From the NCBI GenBank assembly GCA_027317865.1, contig DAHVQG010000006.1, forward strand, positions 1 to 64,000: a DNA stretch of 64,000 nt. The letters are read 5' to 3'. The notes beneath the pieces were generated by a model. It searched no databases. It worked only from the letters and a program-made list of their open reading frames with translations, and had not been told where the DNA came from. How positions within the stretch are numbered: the stretch's first letter is position 1; each line of letters begins with the position of its first letter. Both the position numbers and the translations under genes were made by a program. Below are positions 20,601 through 29,018 of this stretch, one piece after another. Source of the DNA: Bdellovibrionales bacterium (GTDB lineage Bacteria > Bdellovibrionota > Bdellovibrionia > Bdellovibrionales > UBA1609).

Positions 20601-22100
20601 ATGAAAATTGAAAATTGGGGATTGCACTGGTTTAGGAGGGATTTACGCGTCCCAGGTAATCAAGCGCTAAAAGAAAATTGGAAGCAAACAGCGGGTCGAA
20701 CGCTTGGGCTATTTTGCTTCGATTCAAATTTTCTTTCAAGAACTGATTTCTCAAATAATCGATTTGCTTTTTTTCTTAAAACTCTTCAGCGTCTTAGGTC
20801 CGATTTGCGCGAACGAGGCGGCGACATCCTAGTCGTCGATTGTTCGCCGCAAGAGGCTTTTCCAAATCTTTTTCATTTTTGTCGATCAAAAGGGGTGCCG
20901 TTGCCGACTCTTGTGACGTGGAATAGGGACTACGAGCCTTTTGCCATCGAGCGAGACCACAAAATCAAAGAACTCCTACAGTCTGAGGGCATCCAAGCTT
21001 TAGATTTCCGAGACCACCTCGTGTTTGAGCCGCACGAAGTTTTAAAAAACGAACAATCAGGCGGTTTTTATCAAATTTATTCCCCTTTCTTTCGAAAGTG
21101 GTCTTCATTGCTCGAAAGCGCTGAGGGTACTCAAAGAATTAAATTGCAGGCAGGAGCCAATTATTATTTTTCTCGGCACGAACAGGAAAAAGATCTTTTT
21201 AAAATGACCTGGAGCGAACTTCGCGGTTACAAAGACTTCCCTTTTGTTGACTCCCTCGAGAGATTCATTAATTTAAATTCAAAAAAAGTTACGGTGCCAA
21301 TTCCAGAAGCTGGGTTTAATGCCGCTTACACCAAAGTTTTAGAATTCAAATCGCAAATCGATAGCTATAATGACCAGCGGGACTGTCCGGCCATCAAGGG
21401 CACCTCAGGGTTATCAATATTTCTGAAAAATGGTAGCCTAACTACTGCCCAGATAATTGAAGCCCTGGACCTTAATAGTCGAACTTCGAAACTTCAACCG
21501 GGAAGAAATCATTTTACAAAAGAACTCGCATGGAGAGAATTCTATTATTCAATTCTATTTCATCGACCTGAAGTTGAAAAGCATACCTTCAACCCCAAGT
21601 TTGAAGGCATAAAATGGGCGAACGACCGGAGTGCATTCCGTCGTTGGAAGGAAGGCCGGACTGGCGTCCCCATTGTCGATGCCGGCATGAGACAGCTATC
21701 ACAAACCGGATGGATGCATAACCGCGTGCGTATGATTGTCGCCTCGTTCTTAACGAAGGACCTTCTGATTGACTGGCGATGGGGTGAAAATCATTTCATG
21801 AAAGAACTGTTGGATGGAGATTTGGCTTCAAACAACGGCGGATGGCAATGGGCCGCTTCTACCGGTTGTGACCCTCAACCCTATTTTCGGATTTTTAACC
21901 CTTGGCTTCAGGGTAAAAAATTTGACCCGGATGCGGCGTACATCAAGACTTTTGTGACAGAGCTAAGTGACGCGCCAATAGAATTTATTCATGAACCGAC
22001 CGCCGATCGGAGCAAATGGCATTATCCTAAGCCAATAATTGATCATACGATTCAGCGAATACGTGCCATTCAATTAATGAGCCACTCGAAGCATCGGTAA
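20601..22100 (+). CDS. phrB: Deoxyribodipyrimidine photolyase / cryptochrome family
   Basis: WFRRDLR, ELAWREFY, TGVPIVDAGMRQL..TGWMHNRVRMIVASFL, NNGGWQW, RIFNP. Confidence 0.95.
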   Translation: MKIENWGLHWFRRDLRVPGNQALKENWKQTAGRTLGLFCFDSNFLSRTDFSNNRFAFFLKTLQRLRSDLRERGGDILVVDCSPQEAFPNLFHFCRSKGVPLPTLVTWNRDYEPFAIERDHKIKELLQSEGIQALDFRDHLVFEPHEVLKNEQSGGFYQIYSPFFRKWSSLLESAEGTQRIKLQAGANYYFSRHEQEKDLFKMTWSELRGYKDFPFVDSLERFINLNSKKVTVPIPEAGFNAAYTKVLEFKSQIDSYNDQRDCPAIKGTSGLSIFLKNGSLTTAQIIEALDLNSRTSKLQPGRNHFTKELAWREFYYSILFHRPEVEKHTFNPKFEGIKWANDRSAFRRWKEGRTGVPIVDAGMRQLSQTGWMHNRVRMIVASFLTKDLLIDWRWGENHFMKELLDGDLASNNGGWQWAASTGCDPQPYFRIFNPWLQGKKFDPDAAYIKTFVTELSDAPIEFIHEPTADRSKWHYPKPIIDHTIQRIRAIQLMSHSKHR

Positions 22101-22136
22101 TTTCAAGAAACAACTGTCCCGTCGAATTGCGGGCCA

Positions 22137-22181
22137 TTCGACTTGCCGATGAAACTTGACTACTTTAAATGGCGGAGAGGG
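22137..22181. repeat. att site (distal copy)
   Basis: TTCGACTTGCCGATGAAACTTGACTACTTTAAATGGCGGAGAGGG matches 28801-28845 with 2 mismatches. Confidence 0.9.
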
Positions 22182-22320
22182 CGTTTTTGCTTCTCCGCGC
22201 ACCATAAGTCGTTAATTTCATTCGGTTGCCTCCATCACCAGAGAGGGTGAAAGAAGCAACCGCTAGCAAGTCGAGTGGTTTTGCTGGATATGTGAGTTTG
22301 CAGGCAAATCCTCTTGCCGG

Positions 22321-22623
22321 TTAAATGACCTCTAGCTTGATGTCCGGATTGATTTTTTCATACAGACGAATCAGTCTGTCGGTTGAAAACTCATCCAAAC
22401 GATTATGCAAAAGTTTACTGGCCTTGGCCTCGTCGATCCCCAGAGCCTTTGCCATTTCTCGCTGCGATATTTTGGTTCGCAGTTTATAACCTACGATTCG
22501 TTGCTGAATGTCGTGACGGAATTTTTGCAAAGGAGTTGGATGCTCCGGCATGCCCAAAGTACCTTCAACCTTTTCAAGCTTTTTTAAAACTCGCTCAATT
22601 TCTTTTCTGCTAGGCCATCCCAT
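22321..22623 (-). CDS. XRE-family HTH protein (antitoxin/regulator-like)
   Basis: ISQREMAKALGIDEAKASKLLHNRLDEFSTDRLIRL; GGAGG RBS. Confidence 0.8.
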   Translation of the reverse strand: MGWPSRKEIERVLKKLEKVEGTLGMPEHPTPLQKFRHDIQQRIVGYKLRTKISQREMAKALGIDEAKASKLLHNRLDEFSTDRLIRLYEKINPDIKLEVI

Positions 22624-22641
22624 GATTACCTCCCGCAGGTA

Positions 22642-22863
22642 TTAAATGGCAGCTTTTCGTTTGCCTCTCGGATGCTCGACATATTCGGAAAGCACATCTC
22701 GAATCAAGACCTGGTAGCGCCCTTCATATTCCTCCGTGAGACTTAGCCTTTTTAGGGCCTTCACCAAATCAAGCGGAAGCCGAATCGAAATATGGGCCGT
22801 AATATTTTGGTCTTTGAAATCTTCGTCAGGGATTTCAATATTGCCTGTTCTAATCTTGGCCAT
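22642..22863 (-). CDS. BrnA/CopG-like ribbon-helix-helix antitoxin-like protein
   Basis: ISIRLPLDLVKALK...RYQVLIRDVLSEYV; start MAKIR overlaps the upstream gene. Confidence 0.7.
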   Translation of the reverse strand: MAKIRTGNIEIPDEDFKDQNITAHISIRLPLDLVKALKRLSLTEEYEGRYQVLIRDVLSEYVEHPRGKRKAAI

Positions 22864-23095
22864 GCTTATTCTCCCATTCATCCATTAATAACCATCGATT
22901 CTCTCGAACCTTTTCAACAATTTTGCGCAACGTTGTGCCCGAAAATTTTGTCTTCTGATCCATCACTTCAAGCGTGATCAGATTTATTCGGACGGACGCT
23001 CCGCCGCCTTCGACATGAACATGCGGAGGATTGTGGTCATCGTCGTTTATTCTGTAAGCCAAATGCTGAGACGACAATGCCCTTATTCGCGTCAT
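22850..23095 (-). CDS. DUF4160-family protein (putative toxin)
   Basis: DHNPPHVHVE motif; C-terminal LMDEW...HG. Confidence 0.8.
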   Translation of the reverse strand: MTRIRALSSQHLAYRINDDDHNPPHVHVEGGGASVRINLITLEVMDQKTKFSGTTLRKIVEKVRENRWLLMDEWENKHGQD

Positions 23096-23098
23096 ACT

Positions 23099-23129
23099 TA
23101 CAGTATATCTTGTATATACCGTATGTCAA
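23099..23129 (-). promoter_or_regulatory. sigma70 promoter with overlapping palindromic operator
   Basis: TTGACA-N16-TATACT-N6-ATG; inverted repeat TACGGTATAT-N5-ATATACTGTA. Confidence 0.7.
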
Positions 23130-23168
23130 CAAAATAGTTCGAGGCATAGCTGCATTAGTTTGCCATAT

Positions 23169-24278
23169 TTAGCAAGTTTTATTGGCGTTGATTGAAATGA
23201 CGTCTGCCGAACTTGACCTCGGTACTTTGTACCCGAGTCGTTCAGTCGCGTCCTTTAATTCAATGCCGGCCTTTCTTAAATAAACATTGGTGGTCTCCAT
23301 ATCGCTATGACCGACGATCGCCATGACTCGCGCTAGCGACTCACCACGAGCCAATAGGTTCGTAATAAAGGTTGCCCGTAGGTCGTGAAAGCGAATATCA
23401 GTGATACCAAGCGATTTACAAAACTCGCGCGTCACTTTTGCGCCGCTACCGCGTTCCCACTCTTTTAGCCGCGGGAGCACGTACTCTTCACCACCCCGCT
23501 CAAGCCGCAGCTCTTTAAGGTACTGAAGAAGTTCTTCGCTAATCGGCACCGTGCGCGTTTTTTGATTCTTGGTACTCGTCAGGCCATTTTTAGAATTCCA
23601 CGCCTTATTGATCGAAATGATTTTACTTTCAAAATCAATATCGACCCATTTAAGCGCGAGAAGTTCACCTGAGCGACAACCAGTAAATAGCGCTAGTATC
23701 CAGACCGGGTAAAAACGATGTTTTGTGTCTTTGGCCGCCGAGAGAAAAATTTCAACCTCTTTATTGGTCAATACTTTTTTCTCAGGCTCCGGCACTCGCA
23801 CTGTCATCCCTTGCGCTGGATTTCGATCAATTTGCCCGGCATCCATCGCCATTTGAAACACTCGCTTAATCATCTTGAGGAGTGATTTTCGCGTTTGCAT
23901 GGTGGCCCCTTGGGTCGCCATCTTGTCGTGAATCAAAGTGTGGATATCCATTTTTGTGATGGTCTTAATCTCTTTGCCATCCCAGTGGTTGCCGACCCAT
24001 TTCGCAATTGCCGTTTTGTAAGTGAAAAGAGTTGATGGCCGGTAGACGAGCTTCATTTGCTTGAGACACTCGTCTAGCCATTCTTGCCACCATGGATTCA
24101 CCTTTTGTTCTTTAAGAATTGCTAACTCACGTTTGAGTTCAAACTCCATGACTTCAGCTTTGTGCTTGGACTCGATGCCCTTGCGCTTTCGCTGAACTCG
24201 TACTCCCCGATTATTTGAACCGTTGAGATAAATCTCGTAGAGTTTCTTTCCGTTTTCGATATAGCTTCGTATTGCCAT
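23169..24278 (-). CDS. Tyrosine recombinase / integrase
   Basis: TGCRSGELLAL, TK, FHDLR, GHS, Y catalytic residues. Confidence 0.95.
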   Translation of the reverse strand: MAIRSYIENGKKLYEIYLNGSNNRGVRVQRKRKGIESKHKAEVMEFELKRELAILKEQKVNPWWQEWLDECLKQMKLVYRPSTLFTYKTAIAKWVGNHWDGKEIKTITKMDIHTLIHDKMATQGATMQTRKSLLKMIKRVFQMAMDAGQIDRNPAQGMTVRVPEPEKKVLTNKEVEIFLSAAKDTKHRFYPVWILALFTGCRSGELLALKWVDIDFESKIISINKAWNSKNGLTSTKNQKTRTVPISEELLQYLKELRLERGGEEYVLPRLKEWERGSGAKVTREFCKSLGITDIRFHDLRATFITNLLARGESLARVMAIVGHSDMETTNVYLRKAGIELKDATERLGYKVPRSSSADVISINANKTC

Positions 24279-24279
24279 C

Positions 24280-24594
24280 TTAGGCCCCTTTCTTTTGGAT
24301 TAGGGCCTGGCAGTCGCAAAACCTAAATCTTAGGCGCCTGCCGAATTTGTAAACCTCGACCTGGCCTCGACAGACCATGATTCGAAGTGCATTTTCGCTG
24401 ACGCCAAGAAAGTGAGCTGCCTCTTTCGTTGTTAGCCACTCGCGTGCTATTTGATTTTCAAAGATCGCATCGACCACATGGTTTTTGCCGCCATGATCGA
24501 TATTAAGAATTGAATTTAGCTGATTAGTTTTTGTTTCAGTAGAAGTTTTTAGATTTAGTTGATTGTGATTTTCTCCTCTCGTTTTATTACTCAT
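24280..24594 (-). CDS. Excisionase-like HTH_17 protein
   Basis: WLTTKEAAHFLGVSENALRIMVCRGQVEVYKFGRRLRF; abuts the integrase; true start uncertain. Confidence 0.8.
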   Translation of the reverse strand: MSNKTRGENHNQLNLKTSTETKTNQLNSILNIDHGGKNHVVDAIFENQIAREWLTTKEAAHFLGVSENALRIMVCRGQVEVYKFGRRLRFRFCDCQALIQKKGA

Positions 24595-24613
24595 ACGACC
24601 CTCTTTGTTAGAG

Positions 24614-24714
24614 TCGCCCGCCAAATAGCACCCCGTCTCCGTGACCACTCTCGCCCTTATGTAGGGTGGGAGTGGTCACGGAGCTTTAGAGGGGTGCGTA
24701 AGGTTGGCGGGCGA
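24614..24714. other. ~100-nt nested inverted repeat (rod-like hairpin)
   Basis: 24614-24624/24704-24714 (11 bp), 24628-24634/24691-24697 (7 bp), 24637-24657/24663-24683 (21 bp, 2 G-T pairs). Confidence 0.85.
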
Positions 24715-24827
24715 AATTTTATCTTATTAATTTCGCAAGCGATTTGAGTCGAGGAGCAGATAAATCAGTAGACTAAAAATAACAGCACAGTCAGTACCTG
24801 ATGTTGTCTTTGTGACTAGTCAGCCAT

Positions 24828-25679
24828 TTACTCTTTGAAGCGGTGAGGCAAGTACTCAATCCAGCGGTCAAGTTGCCTCTTTTTTAGCTCAAGCGTTAAC
24901 ACTTCAGGCATGGTTTTCGTGAGTACCGTTTTCACTTCTGTAGCAGCAAAAAAGTTTTTTATGCCGTCTAAGTTCGCCTTTAAAGTAGTAAGCATGCGCC
25001 GAGCCGATAATTCTCTGTACATGAAATCTATCTCATTGTCATCGCGCGCAACTATTAGCGAACCGCTTAGCCTTGAACGGCAAAACTCTTTTTTTGAAGT
25101 CGCCGTGAGCCGATGAATTGAATACCCGGACGTCCAAATGTGAATACCGATTGCACGCGTCGAGTATCTGTCGTTTGCCGTCAGAAGTAATAAATCAGGC
25201 AGGCAGTTGTCAGTTTCGTCGTCTTCATCAAAGAGTAAACTAAGCTTCGGGTTTGAACGGATCTCGTGCTTTCGAAATATTACGGCGCCGGGTAGTTGTG
25301 CATTTAACACCTCCTTCCAAAACACTATGGCGTCGTTGGTGTCGCTATTAAGAAAGCGGTAGTTACGCTGGTCGAAATCAATTGCTTCACCACCTAGATA
25401 TTGAGCGAGCTTTTCACGAGCTTTCAGGTCCTGGTTAATCTGATAAATCGTTGGATCAAATGAAAAGTGTTTGTGGCGGGCACTAATGAAATGCTTTGTG
25501 CGCAGTCTTGCCATGACTTCGCACAATCTTCGGTACTTGATTGGCGGATGAAGCAGGCGGTAAAGCGTTAATATTGAAAGCGGACCGTTATTATTTAAAT
25601 AACGAAGAATTTGTTTTTCACGTTCGTTTTTTCCCATTCGCGCTGGTGGCGAAGAGATATTTTGTAATGCGTTTTGCAT
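24828..25679 (-). CDS. wHTH plus degenerate PD-(D/E)xK protein (replication-relaxation family-like)
   Basis: N-terminal ILRYLNNNGPLS wHTH; LPDLLLL...AIGIHIW; AAGGAG RBS before ATG 25679. Confidence 0.55.
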   Translation of the reverse strand: MQNALQNISSPPARMGKNEREKQILRYLNNNGPLSILTLYRLLHPPIKYRRLCEVMARLRTKHFISARHKHFSFDPTIYQINQDLKAREKLAQYLGGEAIDFDQRNYRFLNSDTNDAIVFWKEVLNAQLPGAVIFRKHEIRSNPKLSLLFDEDDETDNCLPDLLLLTANDRYSTRAIGIHIWTSGYSIHRLTATSKKEFCRSRLSGSLIVARDDNEIDFMYRELSARRMLTTLKANLDGIKNFFAATEVKTVLTKTMPEVLTLELKKRQLDRWIEYLPHRFKE

Positions 25680-25993
25680 TAAACTCCTTTCGTTTTGTCG
25701 GTTACTCAAGAACCTTTAAGCAGAAAAGGAGATCGATCCCGTCCTAGCACTTTTTACTAGGTCAGCGCCAATACGGAACCACTAAGCGGAGTCTAAAGCG
25801 AATTAGTAGAGTAAGAGAAAAAATTTGCCTCTCACTATTTAAAAGTGCAAGCGAGGTGCCAATGAGATTTGATGGGCTTTCGAACGGAGTAATTCGATCA
25901 GACCGCGCAGTCAAAATATTTAAGCGGCGGGAACGCCGACATTTTAATGACCACCCTACGCCCAGCAACCAAGTGAATTTCGGTCAATGGAGC

Positions 25994-26308
25994 TTATGGA
26001 TAGAGCCCGAAGTTAGCACATGCCGCTCGAAATCCGCTATCAGTCATCGTATAGGTATCTGGGTTATTTGCGTTTATCGTTTTCACATCTTGGTTGTCGC
26101 CGACTAAGGCGAAACCTTGATCTTGTCCAATCACCCCGGACTCGCGGAGATCCTTTTGGCATTGTGTGCTGGCTTGAGAGTCCATCAAAGATAATTGAGA
26201 TTGCTCTATTGCCGATTGTTGGCTCGGCGTTAACGAATTTTGGCGCGCACATGCGGAGAGGCTCAAGATAAATGCAATAGAGGCGATTAAATTAATGCAG
26301 TTATTCAT
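25994..26308 (-). CDS. Small lipoprotein
   Basis: LSAC lipobox. Confidence 0.65.
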   Translation of the reverse strand: MNNCINLIASIAFILSLSACARQNSLTPSQQSAIEQSQLSLMDSQASTQCQKDLRESGVIGQDQGFALVGDNQDVKTINANNPDTYTMTDSGFRAACANFGLYP

Positions 26309-26321
26309 GATAACGTATTAT

Positions 26322-26337
26322 TACAAAATACGTGCCA
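26322..26337 (-). promoter_or_regulatory. sigma54-like promoter (variant -12)
   Basis: TGGCACGTATTTTGTA, 13 nt upstream of ATG 26308. Confidence 0.45.
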
Positions 26338-26621
26338 AAACTAAATCTCTATGGGTGAGAGCCTGGCCATCAAACCTCACCTGATTTGATATTTCGATTT
26401 TGAATCTGTTGATTATAATTGGTGGTTCTGGTTTTGCAGGCCGATTTATCAGCCGGGAACGGTTGGGCTAAACGAGTTTCTGTTCAACTGGTCAAGATAG
26501 CCTGCTATTACCTGCATGTGGCCGCATTCCGTCAGTCTTCCTAGTCAACAAAGCCGCGACGACCATCCCAGAGACGTCCCTCCTTCTTGATCAGAGTCCC
26601 ATACCAAAGAAACGGATATGC

Positions 26622-28367
26622 CTATGGATGAAACGACTCTGTTGAAACCACTTGCGCTGAGTATGTGGCTTTATCGGCAAAAAAACCTGCCATGTCTGGA
26701 AGCGCGTCAGTGTAGAAGCTGTCGTTCGGACTCAGGACGTCACCTATTGCTGCAGTAAACGGCACGTAAAACCCTTTGAAAAACGCCGGATCGTTTCCCG
26801 TTGGATCGACTGGGAGCCATTTATTCTTTGCGATCTCGATCTCATTCCATGCATGGTAGCCGATTGTGTCGCCGATATAGGCTCCAACGACAATTCTTGT
26901 CGGTATACCCAGTGAGCGGGCAATTGCCGCAAAAAGATTCGAAAAATTGGTGCACGTAATGTACTTATGATTAATTATCTGCGCGGTGTTCATGTACGTT
27001 ATTTGGCCCCCGAGGTCGAGCGCCCCATAATTATAGTGAAAATGATTATGTAGAAATGAAATGATGTGCTCAGCTATGACAGCGTCACTTGCTGATTCGC
27101 CCACCCTATGCAAAATGCTTTCCGCTGCTTCCTTAACATATGGTAGACCTACTTGAACCAAATCTGTGCCTTTAACAAAATCCGGAAAATTCGAATTCGC
27201 GGGAGCTACCCAGCGTGGGTAGTCAGCGTAATTGGCCAGGCGAACCGTGCCTCCGCCATCAAGTGTATAAATAGCATTGCCGTCAGCCCCTGAAGTTCTC
27301 TCAATCTTCCAGTACAGACCGAAATGATCGTAACGACTAAATTCTGAAACGTTAGTATTGAAAATAATTGTGACTGGTTCTTCTCCATCAATTGCACCGT
27401 TACCGTAATTGACAGCCTGTCCATCGTCACTAAAATTGGGTTGCGGAATGTGCCCAGTCAGCCAAAGGTTTAATGGGAGATACCAGGTCGGGGAATTGTC
27501 AACCGATTCCATACTAAACCTTGAAGCCGTCGAAAATGCCTTAGTCAGTACAACCCGATCCTTGCCCACCTGCACAGAGGCTTTTACGAATTCACCTCTT
27601 TCATCGGCGTCCTTTATAGGATCGAACACTTCACCTTCGCTAGTAGAAAACTGACTCAATTTAATTAGCGGCATACTGTAACCGCCGATACTATAGAATA
27701 CTTTTTCAGATTTAATTTGTTTTTCTATTTGCGGCAAGGACAAATAGTTTTCGTCCAATGTAACGGGACCGTCGGTAGGTTTCGATATTGTGATCCTATG
27801 TATCGCGCCAACCGAAGACCCCCGTTGAAGAGTGTCTTGCCAGATCAAAATCCGCGATTGTTTAATAAATGCTAGATTTACTGTGGTATCAAGTAAATGA
27901 AGCTTACAATCCTTATCTATGTCCCATGTCTGCGCAACCAAAGTGCGCCTAGTGTTATTCCAGAAAACTATGTCGTTTGTGAACGAAAAGTTATATTTTG
28001 GTAATCGCGGTTGCGAGAGAGTTTGCCCAACGTCAAAATTAGCGCCATTTGCAGAGAAATATCGGTCAACGTTTAGAGAGCTAGGCCCGTGTTGATGGGG
28101 ATCGACCTCCCACGAATATTCCATCTTGGGCAATGGGTCTGGTAATTCTAATTTATGATTTACGATTGCAATGTAACGGTCGATGTTTAGACTTCCGGTG
28201 GAGGTCATTTTCATTGGCTCACCGGCCACCATATTGGATTTCATTTCGCTTTCGCAGCCAAGTTGGTTAAATGACTCGTATTGTGGTTTCCAAGCCAACA
28301 CTTGCGCGAATGATAAGCTTGAGAGTAGCAATAACACTGCGCCAGAGGCCAGGTGTTTAAACTTCAT
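26622..28367 (-). CDS. Secreted transglutaminase-like protein
   Basis: Signal peptide; CTNFSNLFAAIARSLGIPTR, YHAWNE, W.PVDPT (Cys-His-Asp triad). Confidence 0.85.
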   Translation of the reverse strand: MKFKHLASGAVLLLLSSLSFAQVLAWKPQYESFNQLGCESEMKSNMVAGEPMKMTSTGSLNIDRYIAIVNHKLELPDPLPKMEYSWEVDPHQHGPSSLNVDRYFSANGANFDVGQTLSQPRLPKYNFSFTNDIVFWNNTRRTLVAQTWDIDKDCKLHLLDTTVNLAFIKQSRILIWQDTLQRGSSVGAIHRITISKPTDGPVTLDENYLSLPQIEKQIKSEKVFYSIGGYSMPLIKLSQFSTSEGEVFDPIKDADERGEFVKASVQVGKDRVVLTKAFSTASRFSMESVDNSPTWYLPLNLWLTGHIPQPNFSDDGQAVNYGNGAIDGEEPVTIIFNTNVSEFSRYDHFGLYWKIERTSGADGNAIYTLDGGGTVRLANYADYPRWVAPANSNFPDFVKGTDLVQVGLPYVKEAAESILHRVGESASDAVIAEHIISFLHNHFHYNYGALDLGGQITYMNTAQIINHKYITCTNFSNLFAAIARSLGIPTRIVVGAYIGDTIGYHAWNEIEIAKNKWLPVDPTGNDPAFFKGFYVPFTAAIGDVLSPNDSFYTDALPDMAGFFADKATYSAQVVSTESFHP

Positions 28368-28667
28368 TCGTCAACTCCTGTGCGATAGAATAGTTGAGAT
28401 AATATCAGCGTCATTTTGGCGGCGGAAGTGAGTGTGAAAACAAGTTAAAAAATGTCGATTTTTTTGACATATTGATCTTTGGCAGCCTCTGTTATTTTCG
28501 AGCGCAAAAACCCATTGCTACAAATAATGTAATTGCTGGTCGACCGCGCTGTCGCTCATGCCCGGAAAAGCGTGCATATTAAATTTGTCGCCCGAAATCA
28601 TGGGCCTTAAGTTTAAATTGCAAAGATGAAAAATGGGCCGGTTGATCACAATTTCACTCATAAAAAA

Positions 28668-28707
28668 AGAAGCACGCGAGAAGCATCGAAGAAGCAAAAA
28701 AGAAGCA
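28668..28707. repeat. Four AGAAGCA repeats at 11-bp period (candidate integrase arm sites)
   Basis: Copies at 28668, 28679, 28690, 28701; same heptamer near the other att (22188-22194 inverted, 22252-22258). Confidence 0.75.
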
Positions 28708-28710
28708 TAA

Positions 28711-28740
28711 TCACGAAATTTCGCGAAATTTCATGAAATG
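28711..28740. repeat. Three 10-bp tandem repeats (candidate Xis sites)
   Basis: TCACGAAATT-TCGCGAAATT-TCATGAAATG. Confidence 0.55.
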
Positions 28741-28800
28741 TTCGAAGTGCGACAACCAGGCCGGTTATTGTGATTTCAACTACTTGTAACATTTTACTTT

Positions 28801-28845
28801 TTCGACTTGCCGATGAAACTTGACGACTTTGAATGGCGGAGAGGG
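28801..28845. repeat. att site (tRNA-side copy)
   Basis: Overlaps the last 12 nt of tRNA-Ser plus 33 nt downstream; matches 22137-22181. Confidence 0.9.
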
Positions 28846-28924
28846 TGAGATTCGAACTCACGAGACCTGTTTAGGGCCTACTCGATTTCGAATCGAGCGC
28901 CTTCGACCACTCGGCCACCTCTCC
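28834..28924 (-). tRNA. tRNA-Ser(CGA)
   Basis: GGAGAGGTGGCCGAGTGGTCGAAGGCGCTCGATTCGAAATCGAG-long variable arm-GTGAGTTCGAATCTCACCCTCTCCGCCA; cloverleaf, encoded CCA. Confidence 0.97.
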
Positions 28925-29018
28925 GCTGTAAACAACACGAATGTTTAAACAGTAAAAAACTTCTAACTTAAACTCGCCTCAACCTCAAGACCTACCTCGC
29001 GCTAACGCCTTGGTTCGC

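Larger units (their letters stand above)
22137..28845. mobile_element. ~6.7 kb integrative element inserted at the 3' end of tRNA-Ser(CGA)
   Basis: Flanked by a 45-bp direct repeat (43/45 identical) containing the tRNA 3' end; encodes a tyrosine integrase and Xis-like HTH. Confidence 0.9.

Noticed and set aside
22241-22250. GAGAGGGTGA matching tRNA-Ser near the distal att
   Set aside because: Only 10 bp; cannot be distinguished from chance.
28668-28740. Short repeats as a CRISPR array
   Set aside because: Units are 7-10 bp with no spacers and no cas genes; att arm sites fit better.
22137-28845. Prophage call
   Set aside because: No terminase, capsid, tail or lysis genes.
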